Source: Polyangiales bacterium
GTDB lineage: Bacteria; Myxococcota_A; Polyangia; Polyangiales; JADJQN01
Direction: 5' to 3'
Length of the DNA: 64,000 bases
Assembly (NCBI GenBank): GCA_964202905.1
Contig: CAXNJO010000002.1
Span: forward strand, 448,001-512,000
Position 1 is the stretch's first letter. Every line of letters begins with the position of its first letter. Positions 52,645-62,592 of this stretch are shown in pieces. Both the position numbers and the translations under genes were made by a program. The notes under the pieces are model-generated. The model had not been told where the DNA came from. It was given only the letters and a program-made list of their open reading frames with translations, and searched no databases.

Positions 52645-53476
52645 CTACGGCGGCAGGATCCGCGAGATGAGGAGCGCGTACACGCCCGCGGCACCGAGCA
52701 CCGCGATCGGCAGGGACCGCCACGCGAGCCACCGCCACGAGGCCGGCGCGACACCGCCGCCCTCGTCCGCGGGTCGGAGTCCGGGGACCTCGCTCAGGAT
52801 GAAGATGTCGTTGGGGTCGCGCGCGGCGTGCACGAGCACGGGATTCGGATCCGCAAGGACCCGATGCCCCTCGGACCGGAGCAGCGTGCGTGTCGTCGCC
52901 ACGTCGCCCTGCGGCGTCGCGTACGTGACGCCGAGGCGCAACGTCGCCCCGTTGTCGTGCTGCAGCACGCAGCGCGCCGCCGCCATCGTCCCTGTCGTGA
53001 GCAGCCGCAGGAGTTTGCGGTTGGCCGTGGAGATCGTCACCAGAAAGAACACACCGACCAGCGCGCCGAGCGCGAGCCACACCGGCGTCTGTGGATGGTG
53101 CGGACCCTCGCCGTCGAAGGCGACCGCCAGGTCCGGACGCGCGAGCGGCACCCGCGCGCTCAGCAGGCCCTCGAACGGCGGGCTGCTCAGGTCCCCCACG
53201 GCGCGGCGCGTCCGCCCCTCGTACGCGAAATCGGCCTCCACGCGAAACCCCTCCCAGCGGGGCACGTTCTTGCCGCGGCTCTCCGAGGTGGCGTGGACAT
53301 TCACGGCATGCGCCGGCACGTCGATCGACTCACGAAACCAGACCACATAGGCGCTGTCGGCGAAGGCGTTCGCCAGCCCCCCGAAGCCACAAGGCGACCC
53401 AGAGCGCAGGCATCCACAGCTCCCGGAACAGGATCAGCGCGCGCGCGCTGAGCGGGACGTAGCGTCGGCCAGCCAT
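52645..53476 (-). CDS. Membrane protein, DUF3592-like (frameshift near 53385)
   Basis: RBS GGAG; TM helices flank small beta domains; split over ORFs 53330..53869 and 52645..53346. Confidence 0.55.
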
Positions 53477-53799
53477 GGTTCTCCTCGTTCGCGCGGTGAG
53501 CGCCTCGCGCGCAGACACGAGCCGTATAGGCCCCACGCGGCATGCGGTGCAATGCAGGAGCGCGACTGGGCGCACGTGTCGTGCACCAAGTCGTAGGCCC
53601 GCACCTGGTGCGGTCCGGTCGCCGGCGTTGGACGTGGACGTGACGCGGCCACGCGACGACGACGCCTCTTCCGAGGCACCTGCAGGCGCTCCACGCGCCA
53701 GAGGCGATGCGCCCGCGCCGCGCTCATCCGGTGCCCCTCGCGCGCCAGGAAGAAACGAACGCGCAGTCCGCGCCGCGAACGCGCCCGCCGCCCAACGGC

Positions 53800-54744
53800 T
53801 CAGCGCGTCGTCGCGGCGCCGAACGTCGCTGTTCCCCAGGCCACCGTCGCGGCGACGGCCTCGTCCCACGGCGTCGGCGCGAGACCGAACTCCGCGCGCA
53901 GGCGGGCGTCATCGACGGTGAAGGGCTGCTCCCACTGATAGAGAATCTCCACGAGCTCGCGCACCGTGGGGTTGAAGAGGCCCATGAGCCGCAGGGCGAG
54001 CGCCGGGACACGGGCGACGCCGAGGTCCGCGCCGAGCGCCCGATAGAAGCGCGCGATGACCGCGCGCGTCGTCTCCGCGGGCTGCACGGGCAGCATGTAG
54101 ACGCCCTCGGCGCTCGCCGACGTGCCGAGCGCCACGAGCCCCGCGGCCACGTCCGGCACGTACGAATAGCTGTGGAGCATGTCGGGATCGCCGAACGACT
54201 CGCCGGGCTTTCCGGCGAGCACGCGGCGGAAGAAGCGCTCGCCGAAGATCGCGGACAGCGTCGCGCCCGACCCGAAGAAATCGGCCGCACGACCGATGGC
54301 GACGCGGCGCCCGCCCTTCATCCCCGGATCGCCCATCAGCTCGGCCGCCCGCGCACGCAGCACGCCCTTGCGCGAGCACGGCGCGACGATGGAGCCCGGG
54401 TGCATCCGGGCCGTGTCGCCGTACATGTAGAGGTTGTCGAGGGCGACGAGGTTCGCGCCGCTGCGCTTCGTGCCCTCGACGATCCCCCGCGTGAGCGGGA
54501 GCAGCCGCTTCGGCCACTCGACGTAGAGCGGATTCACGCAGTGGTAGACGCTCACGGCGCCGTCGGTGACGCGGGCCACGGCCTCCGCGTCGCTGACGTC
54601 GGCCGACACGCACTCGACCCCCTCGACGCCGACGGGCTTCGCGGACTGGCGCACGACGCGCTCCCGATGTCCACGTTCGCGCAGCCCCCGGGCGACGAGC
54701 GGCCCCACCTGTCTGGCCCCGAGCACGACGAGCAGTTCACCCAT
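53800..54744 (-). CDS. NAD-dependent epimerase/dehydratase (atypical SDR)
   Basis: VVLGARQVG, LDNLYMYG, GRAADFFG, HSYSYVPDVA. Confidence 0.9.
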   Translation of the reverse strand: MGELLVVLGARQVGPLVARGLRERGHRERVVRQSAKPVGVEGVECVSADVSDAEAVARVTDGAVSVYHCVNPLYVEWPKRLLPLTRGIVEGTKRSGANLVALDNLYMYGDTARMHPGSIVAPCSRKGVLRARAAELMGDPGMKGGRRVAIGRAADFFGSGATLSAIFGERFFRRVLAGKPGESFGDPDMLHSYSYVPDVAAGLVALGTSASAEGVYMLPVQPAETTRAVIARFYRALGADLGVARVPALALRLMGLFNPTVRELVEILYQWEQPFTVDDARLRAEFGLAPTPWDEAVAATVAWGTATFGAATTR

Positions 54745-54820
54745 GACGCAGCCTCCTTGACCGGGCTCATGTTGTGGATTGCGGAGACGCCGCTCAGGCT
54801 ACTATTTTGCAGGCAGCCAC

Positions 54821-54834
54821 TTGCGAAATCGCAA
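54821..54834. promoter_or_regulatory. LysR-type palindrome (T-N11-A)
   Basis: TTGCGA-AA-TCGCAA between the divergent SDR and LysR genes. Confidence 0.6.
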
Positions 54835-54901
54835 TCCACGCCTCCCGCTGCCCGGGGCGGCACCTCGCGCGCCGACGCCCCCCCACGCCGACGGAGTCCC
54901 G

Positions 54902-55858
54902 ATGTCCGACGCCGCCCTCCCCTCCTGGGATCAGGTCCGACTCTTCCTCGCCCTCATGCGCGCGCGCACGCTCTCGGGCGCCGCGAAGCGCGTGCAGCTC
55001 GACGCGTCGAACGTCAGCCGGCGACTCGCCCGCCTCGAAGAGGAGATGGGCGTCGCGCTCTTCGATCGCACACGCGACGGCCTCGTGCCGACGAGCGCCG
55101 CGGAGAACCTGCTCGCGCACGCCGAGGAGGCCGAGCTCGGCATCGCGCGCTTCGCCGCGGCGAGCGCGCAGGTCGAGACGCGCATCGAGGGCGTGGTGCG
55201 GGTGACGGCCCCGCCCGGCGTCGCCGACACCTTCGTCGCGCCGCTGCTGACGGAGCTCCACGCGCGTCACCCGCGGCTCACCCTCGAGCTCGACGCGAGC
55301 GTGGGTTATTCGGACCTGACCCGGCGAGAGGCGGATCTGGCGCTCCGCACGGCGCGCCCCGAGAGCGGTGATCTGATCGTCGCGCAGGTCGTCGGCACGC
55401 GGGAGCGGCCGATGGCGTCGGCCGACTACGCGCGCGAGGTGGGCCGCCTCCGCGCGTTCGCACACGCACGCTGGGTCGCGTGGGGCGACGAGCTCGGGCA
55501 CCTGGCGGGGCCGCGCTGGCTCCGCAAGCACGCGCCCGACGTCGTCCCCGTGCTGCGCAGCAACCACTTCTCGAGCCTGCTCGCCGCGACGCGCGCGGGC
55601 CTCGGCGTCGCCGTCCTGCCCGAGCCCTACGTGCTGACGGGCCTCGTCCCGATCGCCCACGGCCCGAAGCTCTCGGCGGCGTGGGCGGCGCTGCCTTCGA
55701 CGGAGCTGTGGATGGCCGCGCACCAGGCGCTGCGCCGGACACCGCGGGTCGCGGCCGTGTGGGAGTTCCTGCTCGAGAAGCTCCGGGGCTTCCCCTCGAC
55801 GCGCGAAGGTGAAGGCCGCCGCGCGCGGGGCGCACGGCCTCCCGCGGCACGTCGCTGA
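54902..55858 (+). CDS. LysR family transcriptional regulator
   Basis: WDQVRLFLA...LSGAAK...VSRRLARLE...LFDR; DLTRREADLALR. Confidence 0.93.
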   Translation: MSDAALPSWDQVRLFLALMRARTLSGAAKRVQLDASNVSRRLARLEEEMGVALFDRTRDGLVPTSAAENLLAHAEEAELGIARFAAASAQVETRIEGVVRVTAPPGVADTFVAPLLTELHARHPRLTLELDASVGYSDLTRREADLALRTARPESGDLIVAQVVGTRERPMASADYAREVGRLRAFAHARWVAWGDELGHLAGPRWLRKHAPDVVPVLRSNHFSSLLAATRAGLGVAVLPEPYVLTGLVPIAHGPKLSAAWAALPSTELWMAAHQALRRTPRVAAVWEFLLEKLRGFPSTREGEGRRARGARPPAARR

Positions 55859-55887
55859 GATCGGACCTCCGCGGACGGACGCCCCGC

Positions 55888-57290
55888 TCAGCGGGCGGCC
55901 GTCGGTGGAGGGGGCCATCCCCTCGACGACGACGATGTCGAACGCCGCGGCCTCGGCGCGCAGCGCGATGGCGTCCTGGTAGGCCGCCGACTGGAAGCAC
56001 GCGCGCGCCGCAGCGAGGCTCGGGAATCTCCACGAAGTACGGGCGTTGGCTCACCGTGCCCTCGACGACCTCGGCGACGTCGCCGCGCGCGAGCACGCGT
56101 GCGCCGTACGACGCGAGCGTTGGCCCCGCGAGCGCGGTGTACGCCGTGAACCGCGCGGGGTCGCTGATGCTCGCCAGGACGAGCCAGTAGCCCTTCGCGG
56201 CGGGCGCCGTGTCGGCGTCGAGCGCGGGATAATCGGTGTAGCCCTTCTCGCCCCCACCGTAGAACGTGCTTCGATCTCCGGCGGCGAGGGGCGCGCCGAG
56301 CTGGAGGCGTCGAACGAGGTCGGGGTTCGACACGAAGGGCGCGCCGAACGACACGGCCTGCGCGGCGCCGGCCTCGAGGACCGCCTCGGCCGAGTCGCGG
56401 TCGTAGCCGCCGTTGACGATGAGCGGCCCACGGAACAGCGGGCCGAACGTCACGACGGTGTCGCGCGGCCACGACGGGAAACGCGCGGCGTCCGGCGTCG
56501 CGCGCATCAGGTGCAGGTACGCGAGCGGCAGCGCGTTCAGCCGCTCGATGAGGTACGAGAACGTCGCGAGCGGGTCGGAGTCGACCATCCCGTTGTGCGC
56601 GAGCGTCGGCGACAGACGAATCCCCACGCGCCCGCCACCCCACACCCGCACGAGGCGCTCCAGGATCTCGAGCACGAAGCGCGCGCGGTTCTCGATGCTG
56701 CCGCCGTACGGGTCGGTGCGCTGGTTGGCAGAATCCACGAGGAACTGATGCGGCAGGTAGCCGAACGCGCCGTGCAGCTCGACCCCGTCGAAGCCCGCCG
56801 CCTTCGCGTTGGTCGCGGCGCGCTCGAAGTCGTCGACGGTCGCGCGGACCTCGTCGGTGGTGAGTGCATGCGGCACCTTGTAGTCCTTCGGCCCCGTCGG
56901 CGTGAAGGTCTTCTAACCTGCGATCGCGACCGCCGAAGGCGCCACGGGAAGACGGCCGCCCCGCACGTCCGAGTGGCCGACACGCCCCGTGTGCCAGAGC
57001 TGCATCACGATGACGCCGCCCTCCGCGTGCACCGCGCTCGTGACCTTCTTCCACGCGTCGACCTGCGCGGCGCTCCAGATGCCCGGGGTCCACGGCGAGC
57101 CGATGGCGTCGGCCGACACTTTGGTCGCCTCGGTGATGAGGAGCCCCGCCGTCGCGCGCTGGACGTAGTAGCGGACCGTCAGCGGGCCGACGACGCCGTC
57201 GGCGTCCGCGCGGCTGCGGGTCATGGGGGCCATGACGACGCGATTCCGGGTGTGGAGATGACCGAGTGTCGTGGAGCTCAGGAGTGTCAT
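55888..57290 (-). pseudogene. Old Yellow Enzyme (alkene reductase) fused to a DUF1330 domain; in-frame TAG at 56913-56915, frameshift near 56025
   Basis: NRVVMAPMTRSRA, QLWHTGR, GFDGVELHGAFGYL, TFYGGGEKGYTDYP; then KGYWLV...YGARVLARG...FPSLAAARACFQSAAYQ. Confidence 0.85.
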
Positions 57291-57334
57291 GACGGCGTCC
57301 TCTTCGAAGGCGAACGACTGGAGCGGGCGAACCT

Positions 57335-57375
57335 GCGTGCGCCAAACCGCGTGCGCCAAACCGCGTGCGCCAAAC
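57335..57375. repeat. 14-bp tandem repeat GCGTGCGCCAAACC x3
   Basis: Units start at 57335, 57349 and 57363. Confidence 0.9.
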
Positions 57376-57410
57376 TCCGCACGCCGCGCGATCACGACAA
57401 GCGCGCCGAT

Positions 57411-57429
57411 TCGGGACAGACTGTCCCGA
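57411..57429. promoter_or_regulatory. Perfect 9-bp inverted repeat abutting the LysR start (putative operator)
   Basis: TCGGGACAG-A-CTGTCCCGA. Confidence 0.65.
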
Positions 57430-58427
57430 TGGCGGGTCACTTCGATCTCAACGCGGCCCTGGTGCTCGTGCGCGTCGTGCAGGTGGGCAGCTTCCGCAGC
57501 GCGGCGCGGGTGCTCGGCATGCCGAAGACCACCGTGAGCCGCAAGGTCGCCGAGCTCGAGGAGCAGCTCGGCGTGCAGCTCCTTCAGCGCACCACGCCGT
57601 CGCTCGCGCTCACGGACGCGGGCGCCGTCTTCGTCGAAGAGGCCGAGGGCGCCATCGCCCGCCTCGAGGCGGCCGAGGCCGCCGTGAGCGAGCTGCAACG
57701 CGAGCCGCGCGGCCGGCTCCGCGTGACCACGACGGTCCCGATCGGCGAGATGCTCCTCGCGCCCGTCGTGGCCGAGTTTCTCGCGGCCTATCCTGCGCTC
57801 GAGGTGATGGTGCACCTGACGGACCGCCACGTGGATCTCGTCGCGGAGCGCTTCGACGTCGCGATTCGGACGGGCGCCCTGCCCGACTCGTCGCTGGTCG
57901 CGAGGCTCATCGGCGGCTCCGCCTACCGAGTCGTCGCGAGCCCCGCGTACCTCGCGCGGCACGGCACGCCCCGGCGCCCGTCGGATCTCACGGCGCACCC
58001 GTGCCTCCGTTTCACGAAGTCCGGGACGGCGGTGCGCACGACGTGGGCGTTCGGGAAAGGAAAGCGCGCCACGGAGGTGCCCGTCAGCGGCCGCCTCGTC
58101 AGCGACGATTTCGTGGTCCTGCGCCAGGCGGCCGAGCGCGGCCTCGGCATCGCGCGGCTGCCCAGCGTCGTGGTGCACGAAGCCATTCACGCGGGGAGCC
58201 TCGTCAGCCTGCTCGATGCGTTCGCCCCGCCGCCGACGCAGGTGCACATCCTCCACACGGGCGGGAGGCATCTGCCGCCGCGCACGCGCGCGCTCATCGA
58301 TTCCGGATCGCGCTCGTGCAGGCGTTCGCCGAGTGTCGGCGGCATTCGCGCGCCATGCGCCCAACGTGGTTCCGCGGCGCGTGGTTCGCCGCGCGCGCTT
58401 CGAGTCGATGGCCGACCGCGCCCGTGA
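57429..58427 (+). CDS. LysR family regulator (CrgA-like); C-terminus probably frameshifted near 58303
   Basis: DLNAALVLVRVVQVGSFRSAARVLGMPKTTVSRKV; VDLVAERFDVAIR. Confidence 0.92.
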   Translation: MAGHFDLNAALVLVRVVQVGSFRSAARVLGMPKTTVSRKVAELEEQLGVQLLQRTTPSLALTDAGAVFVEEAEGAIARLEAAEAAVSELQREPRGRLRVTTTVPIGEMLLAPVVAEFLAAYPALEVMVHLTDRHVDLVAERFDVAIRTGALPDSSLVARLIGGSAYRVVASPAYLARHGTPRRPSDLTAHPCLRFTKSGTAVRTTWAFGKGKRATEVPVSGRLVSDDFVVLRQAAERGLGIARLPSVVVHEAIHAGSLVSLLDAFAPPPTQVHILHTGGRHLPPRTRALIDSGSRSCRRSPSVGGIRAPCAQRGSAARGSPRALRVDGRPRP

Positions 58428-58449
58428 CGGCGCGGCCCCGATCACGACG

Positions 58450-61400
58450 TCATCCCTTCGTGGCGGACCGTTCAGGCTCGCGACACCGCCGCGCGTCGAG
58501 TGGATGACCCGCCTGGTCGAAGCGCCTCGCCGCGAGGTCGAAGCGCTCCGCGGCGCCGCGTCGATCACCCGTCGCCGAGGCGATGTGTCCGCGGACTTCG
58601 TCGAGGGCGGCGTCCCACGCGGGCAGGCGCATCACGACGTCGGCGAGCCACTCCGTCTTGCGGCCGTAGTCCTGCGCGAGCTCGATCTCGCCCGCGCGCG
58701 CCGCGGCGATCGCGGCAGGGACCGCGAACGTGATGCGGCATCCGGGGCACGTCTCGAAGGGACCGCGCACGGACTCCTCGGCCTCGTGCACCGCCGCGAG
58801 GGCCGCGTCGCGATCGCGCTCGAGGACGATGCGTGTGCCGTAGATGCGGTCGAGAAGATGAAATCCGATGTCGCTGTGCCGCGCGACGTCGAGCGCGCCC
58901 TGGACGAGGCTCCACGCCTCGCGGAGTCGGCCTCGGTACATCGCGAGCTCCGCCTGCCGCTGGAGCGAGAGCGCCTCGCCCGTGGCGCCCCCGATCGCGC
59001 GGTGCAGGCGCGCGCCGGCGACGAGATCTTCTTCGGCGTCGTCGAGGCGCCCCGACAGCAACTTCGCCTCTCCGCGAAGCGTCACCGCGAACGCGTGCCC
59101 GCGCGCGGCGCCGAGCCGACCCGCCTCCGCCGCGAGCGCATTGGCGAACTCGATCACCTCCGCATACGGCCGTGCCCCATAGAGAAAGCGTTGTGTGATG
59201 CAGAGGTGTCCATCGAAAACCCGCATCGCGAGATGCGAGAGATGATGCGTATCCCAGAGATCCGCCCACACGCTGCCATGCAATTCACCGCGCGCGTGCG
59301 CGGCCGCCGCTTGCGCCCACGACGCGATCACGATGGCGCCCGTATCCCCCGATTGCAGCGCGATCCGTCTGCACTCGGCCGCCTTGGCGGTGCCGAGCGC
59401 GGGATTCGCAAAGCCGAGCGCGGCCGCGCCGCTGTACGTGAGGGCTTCGGCGAGTCGGCCCTCGACCGTCGTCGGAGTGACACCGTGCACCGCGTCGAGC
59501 GCGCCTTTCGGATCACCCATCTTGAGCTGCGCCAGCGCGCGCAGCGCGCGCAGATCGTCCGCAGATCCGGGCTGGGCGGCGCCCACCGCGGCGTCGTACG
59601 CGACGAGCGCCCGCGGATCCCCGAGGGCATCGAGACACGTCGCGCGCAGCCGCAGCCCTTCCGCGTGACTGGGCACCTCGGCCAGAAGAGGCTCCAGATG
59701 CTGGAGCGCGTCCCGGAACGCCGCGACGCCCACCGCCTCGCGCGCCGCGCGCGCCAGCCATGGAACGGCGTCCGACAACCGTCCACCCGAGAGCCAGTGA
59801 TGCGCGACGAGGGCCGCCGGCGCGTTCGACGTCGCGAGCGCCGCGGCCGCCTCGCGGTGCACCACCGCGCGCCGATGCGGTGGGAGTTGCTCGGCGAGGG
59901 CCTCCTGCACGATCGCGTGCCGAAACCGGTACCGCGCATCGACCACCTCCAGCACCCCGCTCGCGAGGGCCCGATCGAGGAGGGCGAACGCGTCCGCCTC
60001 CGAGCGGTGGAGCAGCGCGGCCGCGATGCCGGTGTCGAACGCACGCGGCCCGCACGCGAGTCGACGCAGGCCCGTGAGCGCCTCTTCATCGACGTCGCAG
60101 AGACGCGCCGCGATGGCGTCCGCCGCGCGGGCGGGGAGCGGATCGGTCACACGCTTGCGAGGCGTGCGCGCGAGCTCCAGCGCGAGAAAGGGATTTCCCT
60201 CCGCCCCGCGGACCCACGCCTCCACGAGCGTGGCGTCGAGGGGCCCGTCCACCGTCTGTCGAAGGAGGCCCTCGATCTCCGATGGCGCGAGCGGCCCGAC
60301 GTCGATCGCCTCCACGCGCCCGTGCCGGAGGAGCCGCGCGACGCCACGCTCGAGCGTCGGCGACGTCGCGAGCGCGCGCAGCGCGAGGAGCGTGCGAATC
60401 GGCGCGCCGGTGGCGATCAGCTGCAGAAGCACGTCCGCGCTGCCCTGATCGAGCGCGTCGGCGTCATCGACGGCAAGCACGACCGGCGCGCTCGGGCACA
60501 TCGCGACGAGCAACGCGTGAAGCGCCCCGACGACCTGATGCCGCGTGAGCGGGCCCGGCAGCGCGGCCTGCGGGCGCGCGAGCGGCGTGAGCGTGGCGAG
60601 CACGCGGCGCACATGAACGTCGACCGCGTCGAGGAGCCGCCGATCGGCGCGGAGCAACTGCTCCGCGACGTCGACGACCACGGCATAGGGCTGCGACGGG
60701 TCGGCCGGCACGGCGAAGACGGCGCCCCAACCATCGCGCTTCGCGAGCTCGACCACGCGTCGGGCCAGCGCCGTCTTCCCCATCCCGGCGGCGCCTTGCA
60801 GCACCACGCCCACGGGGCCGCGCTCATCCGCTGGGCTGAACACGTGTTGCACGAGCGCGAGCTCGTTCTCACGGCCCACGAACCCGTGCTCGCGCGGCGC
60901 GAGCCCCGCCACGCACTCGGCGTAGAGGCGCTCCGTCTCCTTGCTCGGCGGCACGCCGAGGCGGCTCTCGAGCGCGCTGCGAAGACGGCCGTACCAGCGA
61001 ATCCCCGCCGTGCGCTGCCCGGACGCGATCGCGGCGCGCATCAGCGCCTGGTGCGCGGCCTCGTCGGTCGGCTCCTCCTCGGCGAGCCGCTCGATGCGGT
61101 CGGCCTTGCGGAGCAGCTGCAGGAATTTCCCGCGAAGCCGCGCGCGGGGCGCATCGATCCACGGCTCGTACAGCACGCCCGGGAGCAAATCACCGGTGTA
61201 GAGCGCCGCCGCCGCGTCGCAGGCCCCGCGATCGCCGCGAGGAAGCGCGGCATCGGCGGCCTGCTCGAACTGCGCGACGTCGGTGACGACGGTGCCCGCC
61301 GGGAGGATCGCGACCCGACCGTCGCGCAGGCTCAACGCGTCGGCATGCCCGAGCGCGCGACGCGCGAAGTGCAGCGCCTTCCGGAGGTTGGCGCTGCCCG

Positions 61401-61611
61401 CGTCCGCGTCGAGCTCCGGCCAGAGCGTCTCGACCACCTGATCCCGCGCCAGCCGCTGCTGCCGCGCGAGCGCGAGAAGCAACACGAGCTCGCGCGCGCG
61501 GCGCGTGGAGAACGCCGCGTCGCCGACCTCCACCCCATCGACGACGAGACGGAAGGACCCGAGCATGTGGAGCCCGATCTGCGTGGGCGGGGTTGTGGCG
61601 GTCGGTGTCAT
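58450..61611 (-). CDS. SARP-like regulator: wHTH-BTAD-AAA (STAND) ATPase-TPR
   Basis: LGSFRL...LARDQVVETLWP; LYTGDLLP; FVGRENEL; GAAGMGKT; AVDDAD; GNPFLALEL; YRFRHAIVQE. Confidence 0.9.
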   Translation of the reverse strand: MTPTATTPPTQIGLHMLGSFRLVVDGVEVGDAAFSTRRARELVLLLALARQQRLARDQVVETLWPELDADAGSANLRKALHFARRALGHADALSLRDGRVAILPAGTVVTDVAQFEQAADAALPRGDRGACDAAAALYTGDLLPGVLYEPWIDAPRARLRGKFLQLLRKADRIERLAEEEPTDEAAHQALMRAAIASGQRTAGIRWYGRLRSALESRLGVPPSKETERLYAECVAGLAPREHGFVGRENELALVQHVFSPADERGPVGVVLQGAAGMGKTALARRVVELAKRDGWGAVFAVPADPSQPYAVVVDVAEQLLRADRRLLDAVDVHVRRVLATLTPLARPQAALPGPLTRHQVVGALHALLVAMCPSAPVVLAVDDADALDQGSADVLLQLIATGAPIRTLLALRALATSPTLERGVARLLRHGRVEAIDVGPLAPSEIEGLLRQTVDGPLDATLVEAWVRGAEGNPFLALELARTPRKRVTDPLPARAADAIAARLCDVDEEALTGLRRLACGPRAFDTGIAAALLHRSEADAFALLDRALASGVLEVVDARYRFRHAIVQEALAEQLPPHRRAVVHREAAAALATSNAPAALVAHHWLSGGRLSDAVPWLARAAREAVGVAAFRDALQHLEPLLAEVPSHAEGLRLRATCLDALGDPRALVAYDAAVGAAQPGSADDLRALRALAQLKMGDPKGALDAVHGVTPTTVEGRLAEALTYSGAAALGFANPALGTAKAAECRRIALQSGDTGAIVIASWAQAAAAHARGELHGSVWADLWDTHHLSHLAMRVFDGHLCITQRFLYGARPYAEVIEFANALAAEAGRLGAARGHAFAVTLRGEAKLLSGRLDDAEEDLVAGARLHRAIGGATGEALSLQRQAELAMYRGRLREAWSLVQGALDVARHSDIGFHLLDRIYGTRIVLERDRDAALAAVHEAEESVRGPFETCPGCRITFAVPAAIAAARAGEIELAQDYGRKTEWLADVVMRLPAWDAALDEVRGHIASATGDRRGAAERFDLAARRFDQAGHPLDARRCREPERSATKG

Positions 61612-61651
61612 GACGTCTCAGCGCGCACCTTACCCGCGCCCCGGCCGCCGG

Positions 61652-61670
61652 CGGGAACGATTCGGGAACG
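61652..61670 (+). promoter_or_regulatory. Direct repeat CGGGAACG x2 at 11-bp spacing (SARP-type box)
   Basis: Copies at 61652 and 61663, upstream of the globin gene. Confidence 0.55.
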
Positions 61671-61728
61671 GCCCCCGGCTAGTCACCGCGTCCCGAGCAG
61701 TGGCGCTCGGAGGAAGAGACACAACACC

Positions 61729-62112
61729 ATGATGCAGGATCAGGCAGCGGCCCCACGTTCGCTTTACGACCGGCTCGGTCAGCACGCCGGTATCGACGGA
61801 ATTGTCCGCGACGTCATCGCGGCCCACCTCGCCAATCCGCTGATCAAGACGCGGTACGAGGGCGTGAAGGACTTCGACCGCCTCCACCGCGTGTCGGTCG
61901 AGTTCTTCTGCGCGGGCTCGGGCGGCCCCCAGCCCTACACGGGGCGCGACATGATCACGAGCCACAAGGGCATGAACATCAGCGAGCAGGAGTATCTCGC
62001 GGTGGTCGACGACATCACGACGACGCTCGAGAAGCACGACATCGACGCCCAGACGCGCAGCGACGTCGTCGGCATTCTCTATTCGCTGAAGGCGCAGATC
62101 CTCCGGCTCTGA
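61729..62112 (+). CDS. Group I truncated (2/2) haemoglobin
   Basis: SLYDRLG, FFCAGSGGPQPYTGRDMITSHKGMNISEQEY; GGAGG upstream. Confidence 0.92.
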   Translation: MMQDQAAAPRSLYDRLGQHAGIDGIVRDVIAAHLANPLIKTRYEGVKDFDRLHRVSVEFFCAGSGGPQPYTGRDMITSHKGMNISEQEYLAVVDDITTTLEKHDIDAQTRSDVVGILYSLKAQILRL

Positions 62113-62211
62113 AGCGCGGGTCCGGGCCCACGAGGGACTCCCTCGTGGGCGCGCCGGTGGGGCTCGCACGGCTGCGCGCCACGCCCTCACCCCACGACCG
62201 ATCCGCCCTTG

Positions 62212-62592
62212 TCATTGCGTCGGCGGTCGCGTTGTCGGCACGCGTCGCCGGACTTGCCAGGCACACGCGAGCGCCGCGACGACCGCGCCGAGAATCCATG
62301 GCGTCGCACCATGCAGCCCGAAGCCCGTCACGGACCGCTGCGCGTTCGGCGCGTCACCCGTGGCGTCCGGCTCGAAAGGCCTGTTGCGGACGCACACGAG
62401 TGCGCCGCCCATCTGCCGACACGTACCGCGTGCGCGCCTGTTCGCGTCGACCGTCCACGCACAAGCGTCGTCGAGGGAGCGCTCGACGCGCGCATCCCAA
62501 GGTGCTTCGTCGACGTGCCCCGGATGCGCCGCCGCGAACGATGGCGACATCCATGCGAGGGCGGCCAGCGCGAGCGGCACCATCGCTCTCAC
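62212..62592 (-). CDS. Hypothetical protein with signal peptide, AHPGH motif and C-terminal TM
   Basis: GTGA overlap with the upstream gene; SFAAAHPGH. Confidence 0.5.
   Translation of the reverse strand: MRAMVPLALAALAWMSPSFAAAHPGHVDEAPWDARVERSLDDACAWTVDANRRARGTCRQMGGALVCVRNRPFEPDATGDAPNAQRSVTGFGLHGATPWILGAVVAALACAWQVRRRVPTTRPPTQ

Noticed and set aside
52082..53350. 422-aa ORF as a full isocitrate dehydrogenase
   Set aside because: Similarity stops after about 57 codons; the rest is antisense to other genes.
58450..61611. STAND ATPase as an Avs-type antiphage protein
   Set aside because: The N-terminus is wHTH-BTAD (transcriptional activator), not a nuclease, TIR or SIR2 effector.
58216..62112. 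1298-aa plus-strand ORF ending in the globin
   Set aside because: It is the antisense shadow of the BTAD gene. Only 61729-62112 is globin-like and has its own RBS.
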